Below, piece by piece: positions 36,101-46,981 of a stretch of 64,000 nucleotides of DNA; within the stretch, counting starts at the first letter, position 1; each line of letters starts with the position of its first letter. A model generated the notes under the pieces. That model was not told where the DNA came from. It did no database searches and saw only the letters and a program-made list of their open reading frames with translations. Both the position numbers and the translations under genes were made by a program. The stretch is from contig OZ287748.1 of assembly GCA_965649765.1 (NCBI GenBank), forward strand, positions 58,156,001-58,220,000, given 5' to 3'. The DNA is from Bispira polyomma (taxonomy: Eukaryota).

Positions 36101-39100
36101 TGGTGGTAAATTCAAAAAAGACATGACAAGAGCACTTAAAGTAGAGAGTATACCTCCACCAGGTTGCCACAGTGCCCTATTTCCCCCCAAATATGCTTGT
36201 GTTTTGGGCCTGAGGTGTCTTGGGGAGGCATGTACTCCACAAAAATATAATGGTTTCTTTCTTGGTACAATGCTCTAGACCTCCACAAAGTCAGGTCAAA
36301 AATTAGTTTGGCATGAATGGGTTGGGGTTTTTTTCCCTTTTTTTGCCTTGTGGTGCCTTGTGGTACCTTGGCTAGCAATGCTACTCACTAATTTTGATGC
36401 CCTAGCCTTTCACCAACAAAGCTTTGTCAAAATTGATTTAGCAGTTTTTTGCATGATCCTGCTAACCAGCACACAAATAGGGGTTGAAGGTGGCGAGAGT
36501 TTACTAATATTGCAGTACAACATTTGTTAAAAAATACCAGAAGTACTTGCCACAGTTTATTTCATCACTTTCATCGTCACAGTCAGGATATCCATCACAA
36601 ACATAAACAAATTTAAGCAGGCACAATTTAGTAAAGGGACACTCGTGAAAAGCTACAGTGTTGTTACAGTGACCTGCGAAGAGAAGTTAAAACACAAACA
36701 AGTCTTAGGCCATTGTAATTAGTCCAAACAGTAGTTCATTCGGTTACAGTTATGAAATTGGACAACATTCACGAGTTAAACTTTGGAATATGTACAAGTG
36801 GAAATACCTATACTATATGTATTTGAATTTTGTCAGGGTTTTCTGCAGCTTAGGTCATATCGCGACCGCTAGATTTAATGGTGGAAAAAACCCAAACCAC
36901 TAGCCTATCACAAGTACCTGACAATCTTTCCCACATGAAGGAACAAACAGGATTTGAACCCACATTCATGAGAGGCAACTGATGGTGAAGCAGGCGCTTT
37001 TAACCACTAGGCCACGCCCCCCCCCCCCCCCTGCCACCTGACCTAAGTAACATTAATACAAATTCTTATTTGAACTGTGAATTAATTTTTGTCATTTGGT
37101 AATATTGCTAAAATTTATTCCTGATGAAAATTCCTTAATAAATTTAGCATTGATATCTGAGGAGCTTAATGGACGTCACAACATAAAATGTCTATAATAT
37201 AGGAAAAGTATATACAGGAATATCATAAAAATATAAGCGAAATCAAGGAAATCATAATGAAAATACAGGAAAAATTATAGGCGCTTAGGTATTGATTTGA
37301 AGTCCTATTGCACTACATTAATTTAAGAAGTAAACACGTGAGAAAGTGATCATAATAACTTAAAACCAAAAACAATAATCTTACTTCTTTATATTAACAG
37401 GGTTTGTTCTTTTAGACTTTTATTGTTCCATTCTATGTACAACATTGTCATATAAAAATAGTGACATATGTATTAATAAATTAAATATAGACAGACAAAA
37501 TAAAAGAGAAACATGAAGTTTACTATTTTTGACCAGCATTTTTTTCCACAGTCTAAGCCAGTGTCCTTGTGTGACTTTAGAATCAGAAGACCAACTTGTG
37601 GGTAAATATTTTGTTCATTCTAATTACTTTATATACATACAACACCAGAGTAAGTATTTATTTACAGGTTTAAGGTGACCTTAACTTTTAAGGTCACCTT
37701 AACATGAGGTTTCAGATCACTAGGGATAATTATAAATGTAATAATTGATATTAAATGATTACCAATAGGTGAATCCGTTGGCGGTATAGTTTATTTTACA
37801 TCTAAACAGCACTTTAACTACTTAAGTTTAATTAGGTAGGGTGGCTTTAGATGTTTAAGGTGACACTACCTTAATGCAACGGGTACACTTTGAGGATAGT
37901 TGATTTTAAAGTGAATAAAGTGTGGCTGTTTTAAGCACTGAGCGATGTTAAACAGAAAGCCAATGCAATTTCTTAAGAACAGGAGTTATACTGGTGTATC
38001 GACTGGTGTTTGACACAATTCTAGCCACACTATTTTGAATATATTGTAATTTGCGTAGATTAAACTTGGAGAGACCCCTGAAAAGTAATCCAACTGACTA
38101 CTGACGAGAGCATTGGCCACATATATAAAAGCATCATGAGTAAGAAACCTGTACAGGTAAATAATGTTCCTTATATATATATATATATCTTGACAATATT
38201 AAGGTACCTAGTACTTTACTGTAGGAGTACATTATTTTAACTATATAGTATTAGGTATATCTAGATTACATTCTAAAAAAAACATCTTTGTGTTAATAAC
38301 AGGTCGACAACCTGCTGGTGCCAAAATGAAAAAGAAAATTATCATTTAACTCTGACAATGGTTTGTTGTAAATAGCACATACCACAGTTTACTTCATCGT
38401 CACCCCCTTCACAGTCTAGGGTTCCATCACACACCCATGCACTTGGCAAGCTGAAACCAGATGCACACTGATAGTCTGCCCCTGTAAATATGTCAAAAAA
38501 TATGAATTGATATCCTGTTATCCAGATACAAATATCTCAATCTCTACATTGGCTGAAGGTCAACTCTGAGTCATATATCAAGACATGGTGTGTATTTGCA
38601 ATCAGTGCAAATAGTTATGTGAAATTAAATGATCACAAGTAGAGATGATTTCATTATGCCATGAGATTTAAATAGACTTGGATGGAATATTTTGAAATAT
38701 ATATTTAGAAACAGAACTATTCCTTTATATTTAGCACACATATTCATTCTGCAGAGTAAATTTAAGCAAGTTTGACATTCACCCTTTAAAAGCATTGCTG
38801 GATTGTGTGCAAATGAACCCACATTTGACACAAATTAGTCACCATATATCTAATATTAAGTTTTGACCTCATTTTAACCTTTGGACTTCAAATTAGGGCT
38901 CAATATTTTTGGTGTGTTATTTGTGTTATTGTATATAGGTCTTTCAAAGTGTGCCTAAGGCATTTGCTCAATAATGATATTGCATGTTTTGCTTGATATT
39001 CTGAATTATTATACATTTTTAACGTGCTTTATTGATGCTGGGCATCTTCTAAAGCACATCAGAATCAGTGATCTTATCGTGTGATCAATGGACATAGCAA

Positions 39101-42100
39101 GGTCGCAAGGAAGGGTGTGGGTGTACATAAGGGAAACTACGGTGGCAAGTACAGGTTTAAAAGATAGGTTATAAGCTTTTCCCTAAAAGCGATAAGTGTG
39201 TCTGATGATCTGAGGTCAACCAGAAGACTGTTCTATAACAAGGGAGCTGCAATAGATAAAGCTCTGAATCCAGACTTCCTGGAGGGTTTAACAGAAGAAA
39301 TATAGAGTCTGTTCCAAATGAGAGGGCCATCATGAGCTAGGCAGTGATTGAACTGAACTTTGGATTTGTGGATGCGAGGGTCGAAAGTGGGAATGTTAAG
39401 GTATAATTTATCAGGGTTACTGCGCCTTGTCCTGACTGAGCATGTATATTTGGATAGATGGGGGCTAAAATAAGTGGGTAATCCCGAATTTAGAAATTTA
39501 TATATTATTGTTGCTGTTTTGAAAGCAACACGATATTTTATTGGGAGCCAGTGCAGTGACTTGAGTACAGGAGTAATGTGGGAAAATTTAGAAGTTTTGG
39601 TCACAATACGTGCCAACGAGTGTTGGATATTCTGAAGGCGTCTGAGATCACTACGAGATAAGAAATGGAACAAAGAGTTGCAGTAATCAAGCCTGCTGCT
39701 GACCAAAGCATTGGCAACAGTGATTGCAGTGGATTTGGAAAGATAGCATCAAATCCGCCTGAAATCACGGAGGCCAACAAAACATGATCTACACACCGCT
39801 GCAACATGGTTAGAGAAGGAAAATTCAGAGTCGAACACCACACCCAGGTTTCGTACTTTGTCAGCTGGAGAAAACCTGCTGCCAAGAATGTCAAGTGGAA
39901 AACAACAGGACAATTTTTCCCGTTGCGACTTGGAGCCAAACAAAATAAACTCAGTCTTCTCAGGGTTCAGCTTGAGTTTATTTGCTGCCATCCAGTGTTG
40001 TACATCAACAAGGCAGTTCTGTAAGGAAGTGAAAGCTGCCTTGGCAGAGTCAGGTGTAAGGTGGATATACAGTTGGGTATCATCAGCATAGCAGTGAAAG
40101 TTTATGTTTTTGTATGCAGCAATAATCTTGCTGAGTGGAGTGGTGTACATGGAAAACAAAATGGGACCCAGGACGGAACCTTGGGGAACACCAAATTTTA
40201 ACCATGTTGGGTCGGATACTCGGATAAGATATTGCCAATTTTGACTGATTGGAATCTATCAGACAAATATGCAGTCTTTGCATATAATGTATTGATCTAA
40301 ATATGTGATACACTACAGTACAGGGTTTATTGATCGTCTCAACCTTTCGATATCATTTTACGTTTGCATTATCAGTTGAATTTTTATGTATTCTGTATTC
40401 GTAAATTCTGTACTGTATGGTAACTATATATAGCGTACTGTGGTGCTTTTAGATGCAGCTCATACATAACTTAATAATTCTCGTGGGATAAAAATGGAAG
40501 TTGCCAAGTTCTGGATAGAGGCTGGGAGGGATCCCAATTGGTTTGAAATTCGACATTTGCCTGGAGGTCAGTTAAGGCGGTTACGTAGTACATATTTTAT
40601 GTTATTTCATTGTTGGGTGCAGTTGTAGATTTAATTGTCTGGTGTTGTAATTTGCCAGATGTAAGCACCAACATTGGATGCCTTTCACTGTACACTCTCG
40701 AACATATAGTTTGTTGCATTGTATAAATGTTGTAGTGCATATACTGTAGCACAAACTTTAAAAATATATTTTAATGTACTGCTGTTAAAAACTATTTTGA
40801 CGGCGTCTGTCCGACTGCAGTATGATTAAACGACCTCAAGAAAATATATATGTCTCTATCTGGTCATATTACTTTTGTCAAGAATAACCCTTTACATCTA
40901 CACGGGTGGTACGAATTCTGGACAGAATTTGATGTTTTTACTTAAATTTAACTATGTCGCATAAGATATACAGGGGGGGGACTTCGCTCGAAATTTACGG
41001 AAATTTGATAAATATGAGCAAAAGGAAACAATGTTAAGGCAATTCACTGGTAATTTGTGGAGGTCATTCCATTGCATACAAATCAGACTCATATCCAGAT
41101 ACATTAAGGTACTTCTGATGAATTTAATCACAAGTTAGAAACCAAAGTCACTGGGTAATATTGATTAAAAAGTGGACAGCATTTCGCCATTTTCAAACAA
41201 TAGTAAATATTTCGATTAAAATATTACTTATAAGTTTTATTAACAATAATAATTATGTTATGAAATAGTTTATGTGAACGATAGATAATATGAGAAACAG
41301 AAAAGAAACTGCAATACAGCCCAATAGTCAATCATTAGTACTGTCTAATCATCAACCTCAAATTTTGGGCAGTACCACTGTTTATTTAGCTGTGTTGGTA
41401 CTTTAAATTCATTTAAAATTTGTTTAGGCAGACAATAATCTATATATTTGTGGTGTAGGCATGTATTTGTTATATGGATATTATAATGTAAAAATAATTC
41501 CTTTAAAATTAATTTTATACAGTGATTGGGTGTAGTAACCATATTTATGGCGAAATGCTGTCCACCACAAATTGCTGTCCCCCCCCCCCCCCCCCCCCCT
41601 GTAATAAAAAGTCAAGACGATAGGCACTCAAGAAGAACTTTGTGATCAATAGTATCAAAGGCTGCTGACAGATCCAGCAGTACTAAGGCAGTAGGCATAC
41701 CTTTGGATAAAGATGTATGAACATCATTTTTGATGCAGAGAAGTGCAGTCTCAGTAGAATGACCACTTTTGTACGCTGACTGATACTCATTGGACAGATT
41801 GCTGACGTCAACATGTTGTTTGATCTGTAAGGCAACCGCGCGTTCTACCAACTTAGAGATATAGCAAAGGCCTGAGACAGGACGGTAATTTTTCAAGTCA
41901 GCCTTTGATAAGTTTTGTGATTGAGGGCAATAAAATGTCAATACATTCCTTAACAAGGAATGTGGGCTACGGATCTAGCAAGCAAGATTTTACGGGTGAT
42001 GCCAGTATAATTTTCCTGACTACATCAACAGTTACTGTGGAGAAACAGTTGAAGACGGTTGGTGGAGCTGTTGGTAAAGGGGTATTTGGGGCAGCTAATG

Positions 42101-44098
42101 TAAAACCGTCACGGATTCTGGTAATTTTATCAGTGAAAAAAGTGCTAAAAATGTTTGCTAGTGATTTACTATTGCAATTTTCGGGTAGTGTAGTCTGTTT
42201 TTTACGGTGGAGGGTGCTATTTAGCTTTTGCCAAAGTTTCTTCGGGTCACCCTAGCTTTGTGATATCATGTTGGCATAGTAGGCACGTTTTGAGTCATTT
42301 ATAGTGTTGTTGCACCGGGTGATCCATTGGCGTAGTCTAGATCTATTTGTAGTAGTTTTGTTTCTGACTATAGCCTTGAATGTATATTGAATGTATATTC
42401 AATGGGAAGCCAGTGTAGATTTTTAAGGAATGGAGTGATATCGGTGTTATACCCTGGTCCCACCGGCCGTCACGTAAGCAGTCGTTACAAAAATAAATTT
42501 GCGTAGGGTTTGCGGGAGCTGACGTAACATACATAAACATACATAACCTGACGTGAGAGATGACACGCAAGAAATTTATAATTTCAAACTGTTTGAAATT
42601 TGGACACGCAAGAGATGCAAAAGTATGACGTACTAAAACGTGAATATGCGTCACAGTTTGTACATGTGCGTCATTATGACGTCATTTTACGTGTATTTGC
42701 GTACTCATACATGTCATTTCACGTGAAGAAAAGCAATATGTTTGGGTTTTGCATAAACTTTTGCAGCAAATATTTACACAGCCCTTGGGTGACTAACCTA
42801 ACCTAACGTACATCCGGTGGGACCAGGGCATTACTGCCCAGGTGAAAAATCACCCTGCATAAGTAGTGCTGAATGGACTGGAACTTTTATTTGTGAGGTA
42901 CTTTCTGTAGAGTGAAAATGTCTTTGTGCTCAATATGTCGATCTCTTTATATCTTTAATAACCAATTGCAATAATAGACAGCTTTTATGCATTAATTTCA
43001 CATTTAATGTGTATTAGAGTGCCAGATAACATGAACAAACTTTACCACAGTTGGCTTCATCATCTCCATAGTAACAATGTGTCACACCATCACAGACATA
43101 GAGACTATCAATATTGTAGTCACTTTTCAAACAGTCATAACAGAGGTTTGAGACGTCACAGTGTTCTAAATATAAAAAAAGTTACACAAACATATAAACA
43201 ACAATCTATCCATCAATTAGTCATTTATACACAACCAATATACTCTGCCAGTAATATCGTCATTATTTTTAAATACAGAAGAACTCTATCATCCAAGCTT
43301 CTAATTATTTGAATATTCAATTTTACATAGCCATTTTTACTCTCCAAAATGCATGTTTTCTTATTGTTTTCTTACAATAAAATACCTCTTCTATTTTATA
43401 AGCCTTGTATTATCCAAATAAAAACTTGCCCCCCCCCCCCACTCCCCCCTCCCCCCACCCACACACACATATTTAGATAATAAAGGTTCTACTGTAATAG
43501 TACACACACACATTCACACCATCTATAAATGAATTAGTTATTGAAATATAACCAATATATAAAGTGTTCTATTGTAATTTTTTAACAATAATAGCACCGG
43601 TCAATCAGTTGGGAAGGCCAATTCTTATGGTTGAACAAATGAATTATTAAGATATTCAGTTTGCACTTGACAGTTGTAAGGGTTAAAGCATTTTTGTCTA
43701 TCAATGACTTTGATCTCAGTTATACACTTGTTTTAAAGCATTTATATGGCGTCGGTTTATAATGTCAACTTCTATGACTCTTGTTCTCCTAGAAGGGATA
43801 AAAAATATCATTTTTTGTTTGTCACGAAGAAATAATGGCGTGTTCACATCTTACCTAAGGATGTTATCCCCCAGTAACCATAATGGCACTAAAGCGGGTC
43901 TTATCAGGGAACTTCTGAATACCAAACCAATCCTCTAATCATTAGACAACTGGTGACCACTTCCAATTACAACACATTTAAAAGACAACATTCTGACAAC
44001 ATGCTATCTATAACATGATGTCACTTACCTTGTGTTTTTGTAGTCAGTATAAGAGTGGAGAATAATATTCCAGTAAGTCTAAGGAGCTCCATCTTCAT
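17824..44098 (-). CDS. Gene A: signal peptide + 7 LDLa + SRCR + catalytically intact S1A serine protease + GPI-like C-terminal tail (TMPRSS/corin/enteropeptidase-like mosaic protease), about 702 aa, 16 coding exons
   Basis: Manually joined exons (minus strand): 44029-44098, 43046-43165, 38383-38481, 36551-36673, 35361-35459, 34051-34173, 33409-33516, 32635-32754, 31885-32005, 31031-31132, 29570-29619, 27605-27716, 23331-23502, 22324-22486, 18853-19004, 17824-18198. All are flanked by AG/GT (one GC donor) with compatible phases, 2109 nt total. Motifs: TAAHC, NDVALL, GDSGGP. Confidence 0.88.
18853..19004 (-). CDS. Gene A protease exon ([14 protein letters not shown]...[14 protein letters not shown])
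   Basis: 152 nt, phase 1-0. Confidence 0.9.
19028..21852. mobile_element. 2.8-kb non-autonomous Tc1/mariner-like element with TIRs of about 125 bp and nested repeats
   Basis: TACTGGTCAAAATAAAATAGGACTC... / ...GAGTCCTATTTCATTTGACCAGTA; internal IR 19243-19565, MITE 19940-20149, direct duplication 20376-20808 / 20821-21249. Confidence 0.72.
22324..22486 (-). CDS. Gene A protease Asp102 exon (NDVALLQL...PVCL...CYVTGWG)
   Basis: 163 nt, phase 0-1. Confidence 0.93.
22768..23022 (-). pseudogene. Two degenerate 5S rRNA 3'-half fragments (about 22768-22822 and 22937-23022)
   Basis: AAAAGCC..GCAC..GGTATT.CCAGG.GGTC.CCCATCCAA.TACTAA matches the reverse complement of the 5S rRNA 3' half. Confidence 0.7.
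23331..23502 (-). CDS. Gene A protease His57 exon ([17 protein letters not shown])
   Basis: 172 nt, phase 2-0; lies within ORF 23241..23498. Confidence 0.93.
23607..23865 (+). mobile_element. tRNA-derived SINE family 1 with TSD TTGCCTCACTTAC
   Basis: A box TGGCCTAGTGG, B box GTTCGAATCC; TSD at 23591-23603 and 23866-23878. Confidence 0.92.
25514..27536 (-). mobile_element. 5'-truncated L2/CR1-group LINE with uninterrupted ORF2 reverse transcriptase domain and (ATTAG)n tail
   Basis: [48 protein letters not shown] and SRLDYCNSL motifs. 3' GCGC..GCGC stem then ATTAG repeats at 25514-25539. No endonuclease domain. Confidence 0.93.
27605..27716 (-). CDS. Gene A activation-peptide exon ([16 protein letters not shown]|[22 protein letters not shown])
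   Basis: CG linker Cys, WPWQV motif, AG/GT, phase 1-2. Confidence 0.9.
27958..28823. mobile_element. TIR element with sub-terminal GGAGGGCAGTTTT motif arrays
   Basis: GAAAACTGCCCTCCTTCAATTTTGTGGGGGTGGAAAAC (28090) is inverted relative to 28721-28765. Confidence 0.55.
29570..29619 (-). CDS. Gene A SRCR exon 3 ([16 protein letters not shown])
   Basis: 50 nt, phase 2-1; same size as gene B exon 55615-55664. Confidence 0.8.
29978..30236 (+). mobile_element. tRNA-derived SINE family 1 with TSD ACTACACCTTTGGT
   Basis: TSD at 29964-29977 and 30237-30250. Confidence 0.92.
31031..31132 (-). CDS. Gene A SRCR exon 2 ([33 protein letters not shown])
   Basis: CAG/GTAAG, phase 2-2, open frame. Confidence 0.7.
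31562..31938 (-). repeat. 5 x 75-bp tandem repeat made of the 3' end of the SRCR exon plus its GTGAGT donor
   Basis: Exon-side donor positions at 31885, 31810, 31735, 31660 and 31585. Confidence 0.93.
31885..32005 (-). CDS. Gene A SRCR exon 1 ([40 protein letters not shown])
   Basis: PVC..W......C..MGY SRCR motif; phase 1-2; homologous to gene B exon 57142-57268. Confidence 0.85.
32635..32754 (-). CDS. Gene A LDLa exon 7 ([39 protein letters not shown])
   Basis: 120 nt, canonical LDLa DGSDE motif, AG/GT. Confidence 0.9.
33409..33516 (-). CDS. Gene A LDLa exon 6 ([35 protein letters not shown]+C)
   Basis: 108 nt; last Cys codon split T|GT across the junction. Confidence 0.9.
34051..34173 (-). 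CDS. Gene A LDLa exon 5 ([40 protein letters not shown])
   Basis: 123 nt, phase 1-1; lies within ORF 33914..34225. Confidence 0.9.
35361..35459 (-). CDS. Gene A LDLa exon 4, 4-Cys variant ([32 protein letters not shown])
   Basis: 99 nt, phase 1-1, AG/GT. Confidence 0.88.
36551..36673 (-). CDS. Gene A LDLa exon 3 ([40 protein letters not shown]), GC donor
   Basis: 123 nt, phase 1-1 if the donor is TG|GCAAGT. Confidence 0.85.
36822..37020 (-). mobile_element. tRNA-SINE family 2 (Meta-domain-like body); related copies at about 4056-4252, 7100-7312 and 35180-35325 (+)
   Basis: GGCCTAGTGGTTAA...GGTTCAAATCC head; shared GTCAGGTACTTG...TTCCACCA(T/A)TAAATCT.GC...GATATGACCTAAGCTG body. Confidence 0.75.
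38383..38481 (-). CDS. Gene A LDLa exon 2, 4-Cys variant ([32 protein letters not shown])
   Basis: 99 nt, phase 1-1, AG/GT. Confidence 0.88.
38490..39010. repeat. Dispersed repeat, inverted relative to the copy at about 47328-47905
   Basis: Shared TGCTCAATAATGATATTG...GATATTCTGAAT, TGTGCAAATGAACCCACATTT and TCACAAGTAGAG blocks. Confidence 0.75.
39015..39307 (-). mobile_element. 3' end of a different, older L2-like LINE family
   Basis: Reads ...[37 protein letters not shown], then a TGTGCTTTAGAAGATGCCCAGCATCAATAAAGCACG tail. Confidence 0.7.
39308..42345 (-). mobile_element. Second, disrupted copy of the same L2-like LINE (pieces about 39308-40272 and 41613-42345), split by a 1.3 kb insertion
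   Basis: Near-identical to 25765-27536. Has an 83-bp deletion between TTG microhomologies near 41907, frameshifts, and lacks the family's own 3' tail. Confidence 0.9.
40971..41601. mobile_element. Non-autonomous DNA transposon-like insert (TA-CAGGGGGG...CCCCCCTG-TA) nested in the L2 copy
   Basis: Terminal CAG(G)n / (C)nTG with TA flanks; internal inverted pair GTGGACAGCATTTCGCCAT (41172) / ATGGCGAAATGCTGTCCAC (41547). Confidence 0.55.
42452..42828. mobile_element. MITE with 15-bp TIR CCCTGGTCCCACCGG
   Basis: Perfect inverted termini; superfamily not determined. Confidence 0.78.
43046..43165 (-). CDS. Gene A LDLa exon 1 ([39 protein letters not shown])
   Basis: CDG..C..GDDE..C motif, phase 1-1, AG/GT. 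Confidence 0.85.
43273..43495. mobile_element. pogo/Tigger-like MITE; relatives at about 32410-32620, 48800-48984, 53070-53265 and 58645-58812
   Basis: TACAG.AGAACTCTAT.ATCC ... GATAATA.AGGTTCTACTGTA termini. Confidence 0.65.
44029..44098 (-). CDS. Gene A exon 1, signal peptide [23 protein letters not shown]
   Basis: ATG, hydrophobic core, donor AAG|GTAAGT in phase 1 matching the first LDLa exon. Confidence 0.7.
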
Positions 44099-46471
44099 AT
44101 TTAGTCTATATTCATACTCTATGGTGCTGTTAGTCAATAGCCTCCAAGAACCCTTTTTTTTGCTGTTGCAGTTCCCCACCCAGACAAGGTTCTACACAGA
44201 TAGGTTTCTGGCACTAACACTTATGTCAGCTAATAGATTCTGAGAGACAAGGACTAGCCAATGGGGATCGCTCTAAGATCCGGTGTATGACAACAATATA
44301 ACAGACACCTAATGGGACATTTGACAAACCCGTAGACGTAAGAGGCCTTCTCTGTCATTATGTTAAGGTTTATTAAATTGAACAGAATAGGACAAGAATC
44401 TTTGATCTGGAATTCTAATTCATAAATGAAAAGGAATATATAAGCTTATCCATGCAGATGAAACATGTTTTTAAGTTATGTTTCTTTATAGTGTTTGAAA
44501 AAAGGTAATAAAGCTATATTATTTAAGCACTGAGTTTCCCGTGGCTACCTTTAGCCTTTAATAGTAGACCACAGTTCCTTAATAATCATAGACATTATAG
44601 TACAATCATGTTTAGGATATGACTCCATATTTGTCTGCAAAATGGTAGTTAACATCCAATAGTCTGTGATTATGCTTTTGCCATCTTTTCTATTTATAGT
44701 AAAATTAGTTTATTTATTAGAAGTATATACTTATTTCCTGCCACCATTGCCAGAGCCAAATGAGAAGTTTCTTTATCATTTGGCAGCAGAAGGTTGTCTG
44801 TGTAATGTGTGTGTAATTTAATAATACAGATAATAATAATTTTTTTTTCCAAAGACTAAATTTGGGTCTTGCACATACGAAAAATTCATAAGTTCGCAAA
44901 GCATTTAGCAATACCTCTTATTAACATTATAATAATGGCAGAATTATTTGAGGCGTCATATTTATGTGGATCTAAAGATGAAGTTATGACAATATAACCA
45001 TATCCAGCTACACATATTTATTTAACGTGCAATAAACCCCAATCTTTACATTATTCTAAAAAAGGCTCACAAGACACTATGTATATGTGACTGCTTTACA
45101 TCAGTATAAATATCAAGTGAACACATTCTTTCATCTGGCATCTTGTTATTAGTTTTATAAATACATTAGTTGGTGTGAGAAGTCATCTAACCTCTGTTGG
45201 CATAGTACCTGTGCACTCTTCTATAAATGTACTTTATTGATAGACACCTGATCACATACACATCTATAATGACCCCCCGACCACAGCTAGTATGGTTACT
45301 TAGCAGGTTCTACATGGAGATTTATCTACTCAAAAAGTATAAAAAGGCATTTGTTTATAGGGAGGTACGTGGGTAAAGGTGTACAAATTACAAAAGTAAG
45401 TTATACATTCAAATATAGAGGCCACTGTAAAGACAACTTGAAATAATTGTTGTTACTACTGGCTTAACTTAAGATTCCACTGCAAGATCTTTAGGACTCT
45501 AAAGGTCACCTATTATTATTTGGATCTTCAAGTACGCACTGGACACAAACATTCTAAAGACTTTATGAATATTGAACCGAGGTACAAACAAAGTGATTTT
45601 ACATATTGGCTTCCAATTCAACAATGTATTGAATTTAAGAGATAGGTACTATATGTTTCAAGGCCATGCTTGGTCTTGTACCTCACTACATCACCAGTCT
45701 CTTAATCCCATATTGTCCTACTTGTTCCTTGGGCTCAGATTCTCACAAACTGCGGTTAGTCCCAAGAACTCAATGTAAAACCCTTGGATATTGTGCATTT
45801 AGCTCAGCAGCACCACGATTGTGAAACAGTCTGCCAATCAAGTTGAGATGTTGCAACACAGTTTTAGACCATTAAAAACCTACTCATTTAAATAAGTGTA
45901 AAACTGTCAAAAAATTGTAAAGCGCTTACTAATTGGCACAATATAAATATAGATGTAATGTATATACTGTGCTTCACATTCTGTATTTCTTTTAGTTGAT
46001 TGTAACTGTGTTCTTGTCATTGAATCAATTTGTTCAATTTTATTAAAAGATCTTGTCCTGCTACAAATCCCATATGGCCAGTTTTTTCCATTTTCTGTGC
46101 CTTTTTAATCAAAATGTGCATAACGAATCCTTGGGTTAGATTTTGTGGAAATTGTATAGGCAATAATATGCCTAATAATATGGGGAAATTGTATAGGTAA
46201 TAATATGCCAATAATATGCCTATACTTCTTTGTCACATAATCATGAACATATTTGATAAATGCAATACCACAAGAAGTCAATACAATGAATAGATCTCTG
46301 GCCATATTGGATAAATATAGTGTGAATTCTTAGCAATTTGCAGGAAGAAAACCAATTGTCTGCTTTGTTTCCTATGCATAATATACTGAGGCACTGTAAA
46401 CCACCAAGGTACTTGCCATGATATATGTTGGAAGAGATGTAAAATTCAAGTAAACTAAACCATCCGCCCAA

Positions 46472-46981
46472 TGGGGCATTCACACTGTCCACGTTCTCTG
46501 TCCCCGTTCTGCCCCATTCTGAGTACGTGCGAGAACTTGAACAAATGTATGAGAACTGGGCATAAACAGGGGGTACAACTGGGGCAAACTGTGCAAACGG
46601 CAAGAATGGAGCTACAGCCAGAAATTTTGAACATGTTCAAAACTTCCATGGGAGGACAGCTCTGAAACCACATCTTGAGAGAACTTGAGTAAACTTAAGA
46701 AAACGGCAATGCCGGGGCGTGAACGGGAGTTGAACTGCTCAGAACTTTTGTAATCGGGGCTTAAACTGCTTAGAACTTGCGTGATCTGGCCACAACTGGA
46801 GAGATCTTGAGAAAACGTAATATAACCTTGACATAAACGAGGCTAAACGGGTCATAAACGGGGGATGCAAATATATTCAAATGAACATTTTCCCGACTTT
46901 TCTCTCCCATTCGGCCAAGTACTTTAGGTCTTGAGGAAACAGCAATTCTGGGGCGTGAACTTGGACAATGTGAATGCCCCA
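46472..46981. mobile_element. MITE, PIF/Harbinger-like, TIR of about 25 bp
   Basis: TGGGGCATTCACACTGTCCACGTTC ... GAACTTGGACAATGTGAATGCCCCA, flanked by CAA/TAA. Confidence 0.82.
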
